Positions 18,815 through 27,202 of a DNA stretch of 36,644 bases are shown here, one piece after another. The DNA is from Mycobacterium sp. Its GTDB lineage: Bacteria; Actinomycetota; Actinomycetes; Mycobacteriales; Mycobacteriaceae. Positions within the stretch are counted from its first letter, which is position 1. Each line of letters opens with the position of its first letter. Under the pieces are notes generated by a model, which saw only the letters and a program-made list of their open reading frames with translations, did no database searches and had not been told where the DNA came from. The stretch is taken from NCBI GenBank assembly GCA_039935195.1, contig JBDTKT010000225.1, positions 1 to 36,644 on the forward strand. Reading direction: 5' to 3'. The position numbers were made by a program, and so were the translations under genes.

Positions 18815-19800
18815 TCGACGACCTGCTCGTCAGATCTTTCGCCGCGGGTCCGGTAGAGGCTCGCAGCGGTGGTCATCGCCAGCACCACCACGATGAACGC
18901 CAGGCTGGCCGGGGTGGGGATCTCCGGGACTCCGACGTTGCGGCCGCCGTTGATGAACGGCAGGTCATTGCTGTGCAGCGCGTGCAGCACCATTCGCACG
19001 CCGATGAACGCAAGGATCACCGCCAGTCCATACGACAGGTAGGCCAATCGGCCCAGTAGTGCGCCGAGGATGAAGAACAGCTGACGCAGCCCCATCAGCG
19101 CGAAGATCGTCGCGGCGAATACCAGGTAGGGCTCGCGGGTCAGTCCGTAGATGGCTGGGATGGAGTCCATCGCGAACACCAGGTCGGTGGTGCCCAGAGC
19201 CAGCGCGACCAAGAATATCGGGGTGATCACCCAACCGGACCCGTCGCGTACGAAGAATCGCAGGCCGGTCCAAGTCTCGGTGGTGTTGAAGTGGGCGCGG
19301 GCGAAACGCACCACGGCGTTGTTGCCGTCGCTCTGGCTGCCGGGCGCCCCGCCGCGGACCAGTTTCACCGCGGTGTAGGCCATGAACGCACCGAACAGGA
19401 AGAACGTCCAAGCCAGCCGCTGAACGGCGACGCCACCCAGCGCGATGAACACGCCCCGGAACAGCAGCGCCATGATGATCCCGACGAACAGCGTCTCCTG
19501 CCGGTAGCGCCGGGGCACCTTGAAGCTGTTCATGATGATGACGAACACGAACAGGTTGTCCACCGACAAGCTGTACTCGGTGAGCCAACCGGCGAAGAAC
19601 TGCATCCCGTATTTGGCACCGTGATGCAGCCACACCCAGATTCCGAACCCCACCGCGAGGCTGAGATAAAACGACAACCGGGTCACGCACTCGACGATCG
19701 TCGGCTCGTGTGCCCGACGGGCGACGACGAACAGGTCGGATCCGAGCACGACGGCCAGCACGGCCGTTGTCACGACCCATTCCGCCAGCGACGGATTCAA
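18811..19800 (-). CDS. TerC/Alx family metal homeostasis membrane protein
   Basis: FFAGWLTEYSLSVDNLFVF, TDLVFAMDSIPAIYG, FALMGLRQLFF; TTG start with GGAGG RBS. Confidence 0.92.
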   Translation of the reverse strand: MNPSLAEWVVTTAVLAVVLGSDLFVVARRAHEPTIVECVTRLSFYLSLAVGFGIWVWLHHGAKYGMQFFAGWLTEYSLSVDNLFVFVIIMNSFKVPRRYRQETLFVGIIMALLFRGVFIALGGVAVQRLAWTFFLFGAFMAYTAVKLVRGGAPGSQSDGNNAVVRFARAHFNTTETWTGLRFFVRDGSGWVITPIFLVALALGTTDLVFAMDSIPAIYGLTREPYLVFAATIFALMGLRQLFFILGALLGRLAYLSYGLAVILAFIGVRMVLHALHSNDLPFINGGRNVGVPEIPTPASLAFIVVVLAMTTAASLYRTRGERSDEQVVD

Positions 19801-19807
19801 CGGGGGA

Positions 19808-19872
19808 CCTCCGGTCGTCCGGACGACGGTCGACGTGCTGACGACGCCGCAGCGTGGGGGCTGTCCCCTCAG
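19808..19872 (-). promoter_or_regulatory. truncated yybP-ykoY riboswitch-like leader of terC
   Basis: GAGGGGACAGCCCCCACGCTGCGGCGTCGTCAGCACGTCGACC aligns with the 5' half of the intact riboswitch at 26979-27075; the 3' GAGACCTCC part is absent. Confidence 0.55.
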
Positions 19873-19952
19873 CCGACCAGTGTGTCAGACCGGGACGCCG
19901 ATATCGGCGATGGCCGACGCGGTGCGGCCGGCCACCTAGTATTTTCGCCGTG

Positions 19953-21245
19953 GTGACCGATATCGGTGGTACAGCAGCACCCACCGGTCCTGTCGGACGC
20001 GGCAGCGTGGCCCGGGTGGGGGCGGCGACGGTAGTGACCGCGATCTGCGGTTACGCCGTGCTGTACCTGGCGGCCCGTGACCTGAACCCGGCCGGATTCT
20101 CGATATTCGGCGTGTTCTGGGGAGCGTTCGGCCTGGTCACCGGTGCCGCCAACGGTCTGCTGCAGGAAACCACCCGCGAGGTTCGGTTCGCCCAGCACAC
20201 CCGGCCCGGCGTCGGCGCGCCACCCGGCAGGCACACCCGGCCGCTGTGGGTGGCAGGGCTGGCCGGCGTGGTGGCTGCCGCGCTGGTCGCCGGCAGTTCG
20301 CCGCTGTGGAGCGCGCAGGTGTTCGTCGAGGCCCGCTGGCTTTCGGTGGGACTGCTCAGCGTCGGACTGGCGAGCTTCGCCGTGCACGCCACCCTGCTGG
20401 GCATGCTGGCCGGGGCCAACCGGTGGACCCAGTACGGGGCGCTGATGGTGACCGACGCCGTCATCCGGGTCGCGGTCGCCGTCGCCGCCTTCGCGGTGGG
20501 CTGGGGCCTGGTCGGGTTCCTGTGGGCCACCGTCGCCGGTGCGGTGGCCTGGCTGATCATGCTGGCCGGTTCACCGGCAACCCGGGCCGGGGCGCGGATG
20601 CTGACCCCGGTCGGCACAGTCGCCTTCCTGCGCGGGGCGGCGCACTCGATCACCGCAGCCGGTGCCAGCGCGATTCTGGTGATGGGTTTTCCGGTGCTCC
20701 TGCAGTCCACCTACGGCGAACTGGGCGCCGAGGGCGGTGTGGTCATCCTGGCGGTCACCTTGACCCGGGCACCGCTGCTGGTTCCCCTGACTGCGATGCA
20801 GGGCAATCTGATCGCGCACTTCGTCGACCAGCGAACCCAGCGACTCCGGGCGCTGGTCGCACCGGCAGTCATCGTGATCGCGGTGGGTGGGTTGGGGGCG
20901 GTGGCCGCCGGGTTGATCGGCCCCTGGCTGCTGCGCGTCGTGTTCGGCCCGGACTACTGCGCCGGCGGTGCCCTGTTGGCCGGGCTGACCACGGCGGCCG
21001 TGGCGATTGCGCTGCTGACGCTGACCGGCGCGGCAGCGGTGGCAGCGGCGCTGCACCGCGCCTACGCGCTGGGCTGGGTCGGTGCCACGGTGGCGTCGGC
21101 ACTGCTGCTGTTGCTGCCCCTGGACCTGGGCACCCGGACCGTGGTCGCCCTGCTGTGCGGGCCGCTGGTGGGCATTGCGGTGCACCTGACCGCGTTGCGC
21201 GCCGACGCCGCCACCGGCACGGTTCCACCGCCGTCGACACGGTGA
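19953..21245 (+). CDS. polysaccharide-biosynthesis/flippase-like integral membrane protein (Rv3630-like)
   Basis: Many TM helices, GLLQETTREV, VTLTRAPLLVPLTAMQ; synteny before ppgS. Confidence 0.8.
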   Translation: MTDIGGTAAPTGPVGRGSVARVGAATVVTAICGYAVLYLAARDLNPAGFSIFGVFWGAFGLVTGAANGLLQETTREVRFAQHTRPGVGAPPGRHTRPLWVAGLAGVVAAALVAGSSPLWSAQVFVEARWLSVGLLSVGLASFAVHATLLGMLAGANRWTQYGALMVTDAVIRVAVAVAAFAVGWGLVGFLWATVAGAVAWLIMLAGSPATRAGARMLTPVGTVAFLRGAAHSITAAGASAILVMGFPVLLQSTYGELGAEGGVVILAVTLTRAPLLVPLTAMQGNLIAHFVDQRTQRLRALVAPAVIVIAVGGLGAVAAGLIGPWLLRVVFGPDYCAGGALLAGLTTAAVAIALLTLTGAAAVAAALHRAYALGWVGATVASALLLLLPLDLGTRTVVALLCGPLVGIAVHLTALRADAATGTVPPPSTR

Positions 21246-21246
21246 C

Positions 21247-21996
21247 GTGTATTTTTTAGGCATCGAAGCCTCCCCTGAAACCAACCCTGCGCCCCGCCAC
21301 CCCGACGTCTGGATCATCGTCCCGGCTTTCGAGGAATCGTCCGTCATCGGCACCGTGATCGCCGACGTCCGGTCGGTTTTCGACAACGTCGTCTGCGTGG
21401 ACGACGGCAGCACCGACGACACCGCCGCGACCGCCCGCCGCGCCGGTGCCCACGTCGTGCGCCATCCGGTGAACCTCGGGCAGGGTGCGGCCATCCAGAC
21501 CGGTGTCGAGTTCGCCCGCAACCAACCGGATGCGCGGATCTTCGCCACGTTCGACGCCGACGGTCAGCACCGGGTCGCCGACGCGGCGCGGATGGTCGAG
21601 CGGTTGGCCACCGAGGATCTCGACATCATCATCGGCACCCGGTTCGGCGCAACCCCGGCGACAACCCACGCGAAGGCCCAGATACCGGTACTCAAGCGGA
21701 TCGTGTTGCGCACCGCGGTGCGACTGAGCCCGCGAATCCGCCGGCTGGGATTGTCCGACGCGCACAACGGGCTGCGGGTGTTCAACCGCAAGGTCGCCTA
21801 CGGTCTCGACATCACTATGAACGGCATGAGCCACGCCGGCGAGTTCATCGCGTTGATTGGCGAAAACCGTTGGCGGGTAGGCGAAGAGCCGATCGAGGTG
21901 CTCTACACCGACTATTCCAAAGCCAAGGGTCAACCGCTGCTCAACGGGGTCAACATCATGTTCGACGGGTTGCTACGCAAAAGGATGTCCCGATGA
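21247..21996 (+). CDS. ppgS: polyprenyl-phospho-N-acetylgalactosaminyl synthase, GT2 (Rv3631-like)
   Basis: VPAFEE, VDDGSTD, HPVNLGQGAAIQTG, FDADGQH, DAHNGLR; next to an Rv3632 homolog. Start uncertain. Confidence 0.8.
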   Translation: MYFLGIEASPETNPAPRHPDVWIIVPAFEESSVIGTVIADVRSVFDNVVCVDDGSTDDTAATARRAGAHVVRHPVNLGQGAAIQTGVEFARNQPDARIFATFDADGQHRVADAARMVERLATEDLDIIIGTRFGATPATTHAKAQIPVLKRIVLRTAVRLSPRIRRLGLSDAHNGLRVFNRKVAYGLDITMNGMSHAGEFIALIGENRWRVGEEPIEVLYTDYSKAKGQPLLNGVNIMFDGLLRKRMSR

Positions 21997-22334
21997 ACTG
22001 GATCAAGGTACTGCTGATCGGCGCAGTGGTGGCGCTGCTGATCTACCTGCTGCTGTCCCGGCGCTCCGCCCAGTCCCGGGCCTGGGTGAAGGTCGGCTAC
22101 CTGATGTTCGTGGTGACCGGCATCTACGCCGTGCTGCGCCCGGACGACACCACGGTGGTGGCGAACTGGGTCGGCGTCCGCCGCGGAACCGACCTGATGC
22201 TCTACATCCTGATCATCGTGTTCGCGTTCACCACGCTCAGCACCTACATGCGGTTCCGGGACCTGGAGCTGCGGTACGCGCGGCTCGCCCGGGTGGTAGC
22301 ACTGGCCCACGCCAAACCACCCGAGCCGCGATAG
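21993..22334 (+). CDS. DUF2304 membrane protein (Rv3632-like PpgS partner)
   Basis: MNWIKVLLI..AWVKVG..VGVRRGTDLMLY; ATGA overlap with ppgS. Confidence 0.85.
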   Translation: MNWIKVLLIGAVVALLIYLLLSRRSAQSRAWVKVGYLMFVVTGIYAVLRPDDTTVVANWVGVRRGTDLMLYILIIVFAFTTLSTYMRFRDLELRYARLARVVALAHAKPPEPR

Positions 22335-22385
22335 TTCGGCAGTTATTAGCCGTGCGGTAACGGCGGGTTTGCCGGTGCGCCGGAT

Positions 22386-25300
22386 TCAGCTGTCACTGTG
22401 GGCGTATGCAGGCGACCGAGGTTCTCGCCGATCCACTAGCCGAAGCGTTGGGGCGCCTGTTAACGGCGCCGTGCGAGCAGCTGTACGCGCTGCTGTGGCG
22501 GGCCGGGGTGCTGGAGGTCCGGCACTCCCTTCCGGTTGCTCCGCCGCTCGCCGATCCGACCACTGATTCGCGACGGCTACCGCGGCCGTCGCCGCAGCGG
22601 CCGTGCTCAGCGCCTGCATCCAGCCGATCGGGCCGACGGGGGTACAGCCGAGCAGTTGGCTGACCCCCGGCACGCTGATCAGCCCCGCGAACAAGACGAA
22701 CGACCCGGCCGCGGTGATCACCACCAGCGGTGCGTGCGAGTCCACCAGGGACTGGCCCAACTCGACACTGACCAGCGCGATCAACGCCACCGTCGCGGCA
22801 CGCTGGGGCCGCCCGGTGACCGAGGCCATCGCCCACGCCGCGGCGGCGGCGGCGGCGGTCACGCAGCCGCGGAACACCACCGCACGACGCAGCGCGACTT
22901 CGTCGATGCCGTGCCCGACCCGGCTCACCGGGCCCGCCGGGGTGCTCACCGCCACCGCGGTGGCCGGCAGCGCGTCGGTCAGGGTGTTCATCAGCAGCAA
23001 CTGACGGGTGTTCAACGGGGACATCCCGGTGATCGCGGTGCCGATGACGGCGAAGATCACCTCGCCGGCGTTGCCGCCGAGCAGGCCGGCCACCGCCGCC
23101 CGCACCCCGCGCCACAGCCGGCGGCCCTCGTCGACGGCGTCCACCAGTGCTCCGATGTGCCCGTCGGTCAGTACCACATCGGCGGTGGTGTGGGCCGAGT
23201 CGCTGCCGCGGGCGACCACCCCGAGACCGACGCTGGCGGCGCGGATCGCGGCGGCGTCGTTGGCGCCGTCGCCGACCATCGCGCACACCCGCCCGGTGCG
23301 CTCCAGAGTCTGCACGATCTGCACCTTGTTCTCGGGTGACATGCGGGCGAAGATCACCCGCTCGGCGACGACGCGTTCTTGTTCCTTGCGCGACAGCGCA
23401 TTCCACTCCGACCCGGTGATCACCTGATCGTCATTGACCGACATGCCGAGCTCGGCAGCGATCGCGGTCGCGGTGATCGGATGATCGCCGGTGATCAGCC
23501 GGATGCCGATAGCCCGCTCGGCCAGGTCGGCCAGCAACTTTGCCGCCCCGGCACGCGGGGTGTCGGAGAGGCCGAGCAATCCGGTCAGCGACAGCCCGGC
23601 ACCGCACAGTGCGCTGAGACGGTCCGGGTTGGCGGCAAGGGTGCGCGCCTGCTGCGCGGTCAGCCGGCGTCGGGCGACCGCGATCACCCGCAGTCCGCGT
23701 CCCGCCAGTTCCTCCACCGTGCGCTCCGTCGCGGTGGCGGCGTCGGTGCCTGCGTCGGTGCAGGCGGCCAGCACTACCTCGGGCGAACCCTTGATCACCA
23801 GTTCGGTTCCCGTGACGGCCACCGAGAACGCCCGCCCGGACCGAAATGGCACGAACACGTCGGGTTCGGTTGCCCCAGGAGCACAGTCGGCTGCAGCGGC
23901 CCCTTCGACGATGGCCTGGTCGGTGGCATGCGCATGCGCGTCCCCGGTGGGTCGCGGTGCCGCCTCGGCGGCGCTGCGCAGCACGTCGGCCTCGGAGTAC
24001 CCGGCCACCGGATGCACCCGGGTGACCCGCAGGCGGTTCTCGCTGAGCGTCCCGGTCTTGTCAAAACAGATCACCTCCACCCGGCCCAGCGCTTCCACCG
24101 CACGCGGAACCCGCACCAGCGCACCAGTTTTGCTCAATCGCTGCGCCGACGCATACTGCGCCAGCGTCGCCATCAGCGGCATCCCCTCCGGGACCGCCGC
24201 CACCGCGATCCCGATCGCATCGCCCAGCGCCTGGCGCAGCCCGCCGCCCCGCAGCAGTCCGAGCGCACCGACCAGCACACCGCCGCCGCCACTGAGCGGC
24301 ATGGCGCGGTACATGATTCGGCTGAGCTGGTGCTGCAGGCCGACGACCGGCATCTCACCGGCGGCCACTTCGACAGCCCGGCGGGTCTGGGTTTCGGCGC
24401 CCACCGCGGTGACCAGTGCGAGAGCGGTACCCGCCACCACCGTGGTGCCGGCATAAACCATGCAGCGCCGTTCGGCCAACTCGACACCCGGAATCGGTGC
24501 GGTCTGCTTGTCCACCGACAGCGACTCGCCCGTCAGCGACGACTCGTCGACCTCCAAGTCGGTCGCCTCGATGACCCGGGCGTCGGCGGGAACCACCTCG
24601 TTGCTGCGCACCTCAATCACGTCACCGGGCTGCAGCAGATCGGCGACCAGTTCGGTGTACACCGGTGTCCCGTCCGGACCGGTTTCGAATTTGCGTGCCG
24701 GCGGCGTCTGCTGGGCCAGCAGGCGGGTCAGTTTGTTCTCGGCCCGCAGTTGCTGGCCGGCGGCCAGCATGGCATTGCCGACCAGCACGGTACCGACCAT
24801 CACCGCGTCGATCGGCGAACCCAGGATCGCGGTGGCCGCCGAGCCCACCGCCATGATCGGGGTCAGCGGGTCCGACAATTCCGCGCGGACGGCCTTGACG
24901 AACTGCCAGGCCGGATTGCCGGCCGCGCCGTCGCCGTTCGCCGCCGACGACTGCGTAGCGGGATCCGGCGCCGGCAACAATTCGCGGACCTGCTCCACCG
25001 ACATGGCGTGCCACTCGTGGACGACCGCCGGCCTGGGCGCCTGTGCGTGGACCACGCGACGAGCCAGCAGGTACCCCGACACCAGCCCGGCGCCGGCCCC
25101 CAAGATCACCGGACCCGGTCCGCGGCCACGCCGCGCTCGCGCACCGGGCACCATCAACACCGCACCGAGGGCCGATGCGCTGGCCGACAGGGTGATACCG
25201 CTCTGGCTCGCCTCCCGGGCGGCCGGTAGCGCGCGCAGCACCTGCCACGCACCGGCCAGGTCGGCCAGCAACAGATCCGCGTCCCAGGGCGGGGGTGTGC

Positions 25301-26948
25301 CGTCGCCGGCCGGCATGACTCCCAGCGCCACGTCCGCACCGGCGAGCGCCCGCCCGGCGGTCGACGACAGCACCGCGACCGTGCGGCCGTCGCGCTGCAG
25401 GTCGGCCACGGCGGCGGCCAGCACGTCACTGACTACACCGTCGGGTGCGTCGTCACCGACCGACCGGAGATCGTCGAAGGCGGTGCGGAACTCGCCCAAG
25501 ACGTCAACATCGACCGAGACCAGGTGCACCCCGGCCGCGCGTGCCTCGACCAGCACCGCCGACGCCAACGGATGGTGCGCCGGGGCGATCAGCGCTTCCA
25601 CCGGGACCTTCGAACCGGCGGCCCGGGCCGGCAGTCCGGTGACCCGGTGCCAGCCCGGAGTCAGGGCGCGCTTGGTGAGTAGCTTCTGCGCCTTCACCCA
25701 AGCGGTGGCGAGCTGACGGTCCTCGGCGCCGCGGACGGTCACCACCCGAAGCTGCGCACCGCAGAGCACGCGCGGATCGATCAGGAGCGCGTCGACCTTG
25801 TCGAGGCGGCGTAGCACCTCCGGCCGCAACGGCAGCACCGCGTGCCGCTCGGCCAACCCGTGTCCGAGTGCGGCGGCGAACGACTCCCTGGTGACGCGCA
25901 TCGCTTTGGGGGCGGTCACCACCGCTGCCGTCGACGCCATCGCGATATTGCGGGTGATGAGACCGACCACCCCGACACCGATCGCCTGCACGTAGGCCAC
26001 CCGCTTGCCGTGCCGCTCGACCGGCCCCGCCGGCGCCGGCACCGGGCGCGACACCCGGTTGCCCTCCGTCGGGTCGGCTCCCTGGTCGCCGTAGCGGGCC
26101 AGTTCCGGTTCGTAGCGACTCCACGCTTGCGCCGCGGACCGACTCTCGGTGGCCTTGAGGGCCTCAATCGCCAGGTCCAGCGAGAGTGAGACCGGCGACA
26201 GGGTCGCGACGTGCGCGCCGATCGCGAACAGCGACAAGACGCTGCCGGCCGCCCCGACACCGATCTGGTTCTCCAGCACGCGGCGCACCGCCGGCTGGTA
26301 GTTCGCGAGCGTCGCAACCGCTTCGACGGCGACCGGCGCCGCCGGCAGGCGCAGCGTCCGGCCCACGACCGCGGCGGCCACCCCGGCGACGGTGATACCG
26401 ACCATCGCCCCCCTGGCGGCCAGCAGCAGGCCGTCGCCCGGCAGGCTGACCGCGTGGGCGGTGCCGTCCGCCGAGTGCGCGCCGTTGAGTTCGCGGTAGC
26501 GCCGTTCGGCGTCGTCGATCAGCCGGCACAGATCAGCCAGCGACGTCTGCACACCGCCGGTTTCTAGGTCGGTTTCTACGATTACCCGGGCCAGCGTGTG
26601 GTTCAGACGAACCGACGTGACCCCGGGTTGTGCGGTCAGCGCCTCGGCCACCGCGCGGCCGCATTCGACGCCGTCCGGCCCGGCCAGTCCGCGCAGTTCG
26701 ATCCAGGCGCGGCCGTCACCGCTGCAACTGCGCCGCGTCAGCGTCGCGACCGAGGTCTCGCCGGACAGCACCTTGACGCCTTCACGGATCGGGAATGCGG
26801 CGATGTCGAGACCGGCGGCGGCTACCGACCGCGCAGCACCCGCGGCGGTGGCCGCCCCGTGCACGGTCGCGTCGACCAGCGCGGCGGTCGCCGCGACACC
26901 CTGCGCCATCGCACGCGGCCACGCCCACACATATTCAGACATTTGCAT
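22386..26948 (-). CDS. ctpH: large cation-transporting P-type ATPase, CtpH-like
   Basis: DESSLTGES, AVPEGMP, CFDKTGT (phospho-Asp), LITGD, MVGDGANDA. Long N-terminal extension (RAWIELRGL..PGV) recalls CtpH. Start ATG 26948 or 26942. Confidence 0.85.
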   Translation of the reverse strand: MQMSEYVWAWPRAMAQGVAATAALVDATVHGAATAAGAARSVAAAGLDIAAFPIREGVKVLSGETSVATLTRRSCSGDGRAWIELRGLAGPDGVECGRAVAEALTAQPGVTSVRLNHTLARVIVETDLETGGVQTSLADLCRLIDDAERRYRELNGAHSADGTAHAVSLPGDGLLLAARGAMVGITVAGVAAAVVGRTLRLPAAPVAVEAVATLANYQPAVRRVLENQIGVGAAGSVLSLFAIGAHVATLSPVSLSLDLAIEALKATESRSAAQAWSRYEPELARYGDQGADPTEGNRVSRPVPAPAGPVERHGKRVAYVQAIGVGVVGLITRNIAMASTAAVVTAPKAMRVTRESFAAALGHGLAERHAVLPLRPEVLRRLDKVDALLIDPRVLCGAQLRVVTVRGAEDRQLATAWVKAQKLLTKRALTPGWHRVTGLPARAAGSKVPVEALIAPAHHPLASAVLVEARAAGVHLVSVDVDVLGEFRTAFDDLRSVGDDAPDGVVSDVLAAAVADLQRDGRTVAVLSSTAGRALAGADVALGVMPAGDGTPPPWDADLLLADLAGAWQVLRALPAAREASQSGITLSASASALGAVLMVPGARARRGRGPGPVILGAGAGLVSGYLLARRVVHAQAPRPAVVHEWHAMSVEQVRELLPAPDPATQSSAANGDGAAGNPAWQFVKAVRAELSDPLTPIMAVGSAATAILGSPIDAVMVGTVLVGNAMLAAGQQLRAENKLTRLLAQQTPPARKFETGPDGTPVYTELVADLLQPGDVIEVRSNEVVPADARVIEATDLEVDESSLTGESLSVDKQTAPIPGVELAERRCMVYAGTTVVAGTALALVTAVGAETQTRRAVEVAAGEMPVVGLQHQLSRIMYRAMPLSGGGGVLVGALGLLRGGGLRQALGDAIGIAVAAVPEGMPLMATLAQYASAQRLSKTGALVRVPRAVEALGRVEVICFDKTGTLSENRLRVTRVHPVAGYSEADVLRSAAEAAPRPTGDAHAHATDQAIVEGAAAADCAPGATEPDVFVPFRSGRAFSVAVTGTELVIKGSPEVVLAACTDAGTDAATATERTVEELAGRGLRVIAVARRRLTAQQARTLAANPDRLSALCGAGLSLTGLLGLSDTPRAGAAKLLADLAERAIGIRLITGDHPITATAIAAELGMSVNDDQVITGSEWNALSRKEQERVVAERVIFARMSPENKVQIVQTLERTGRVCAMVGDGANDAAAIRAASVGLGVVARGSDSAHTTADVVLTDGHIGALVDAVDEGRRLWRGVRAAVAGLLGGNAGEVIFAVIGTAITGMSPLNTRQLLLMNTLTDALPATAVAVSTPAGPVSRVGHGIDEVALRRAVVFRGCVTAAAAAAAWAMASVTGRPQRAATVALIALVSVELGQSLVDSHAPLVVITAAGSFVLFAGLISVPGVSQLLGCTPVGPIGWMQALSTAAAATAAVAVANQWSDRRAAEQPEGSAGPPAPRPATAARTAARTAPLTGAPTLRLVDRREPRSPAYAHSDS

Positions 26949-26978
26949 GAAAAAACCTTCCAGCGTCACTGAGAACAC

Positions 26979-27075
26979 CGGAGGTCTCTTCCGCCAGAAT
27001 GCGGCCCGCGGTACCGGTCGGCCAAGACTGGCCGACGTGATGACGACACCGCAGCGAAGGAATACTCCCCTCCGC
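26979..27075 (-). promoter_or_regulatory. yybP-ykoY (Mn2+-sensing) riboswitch
   Basis: Minus strand reads GCGGAGGGGAGTATTCC..GTGTCGTCATCACGTCGGCCAGTCTTGGCCGACCGGTAC..GCGGAAGAGACCTCCG. It has the GGGGAGUA and GAGACC hallmarks, CGGAGG/CCTCCG closing stem and CGUCAUCAC loop, ~30 nt upstream of the ATPase start. Confidence 0.85.
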
Positions 27076-27202
27076 TGACCGAGTATGCCATCCCGAGCCG
27101 GCCGATGCGGCCATCGACCGTTACCGGGCCCGGATCTTCCGATGCTCCAGGCCCCGGCGCGCTGCGCAGCCAGGCGGGCGGCGGCTCGGTAGTTTCTACA
27201 GA

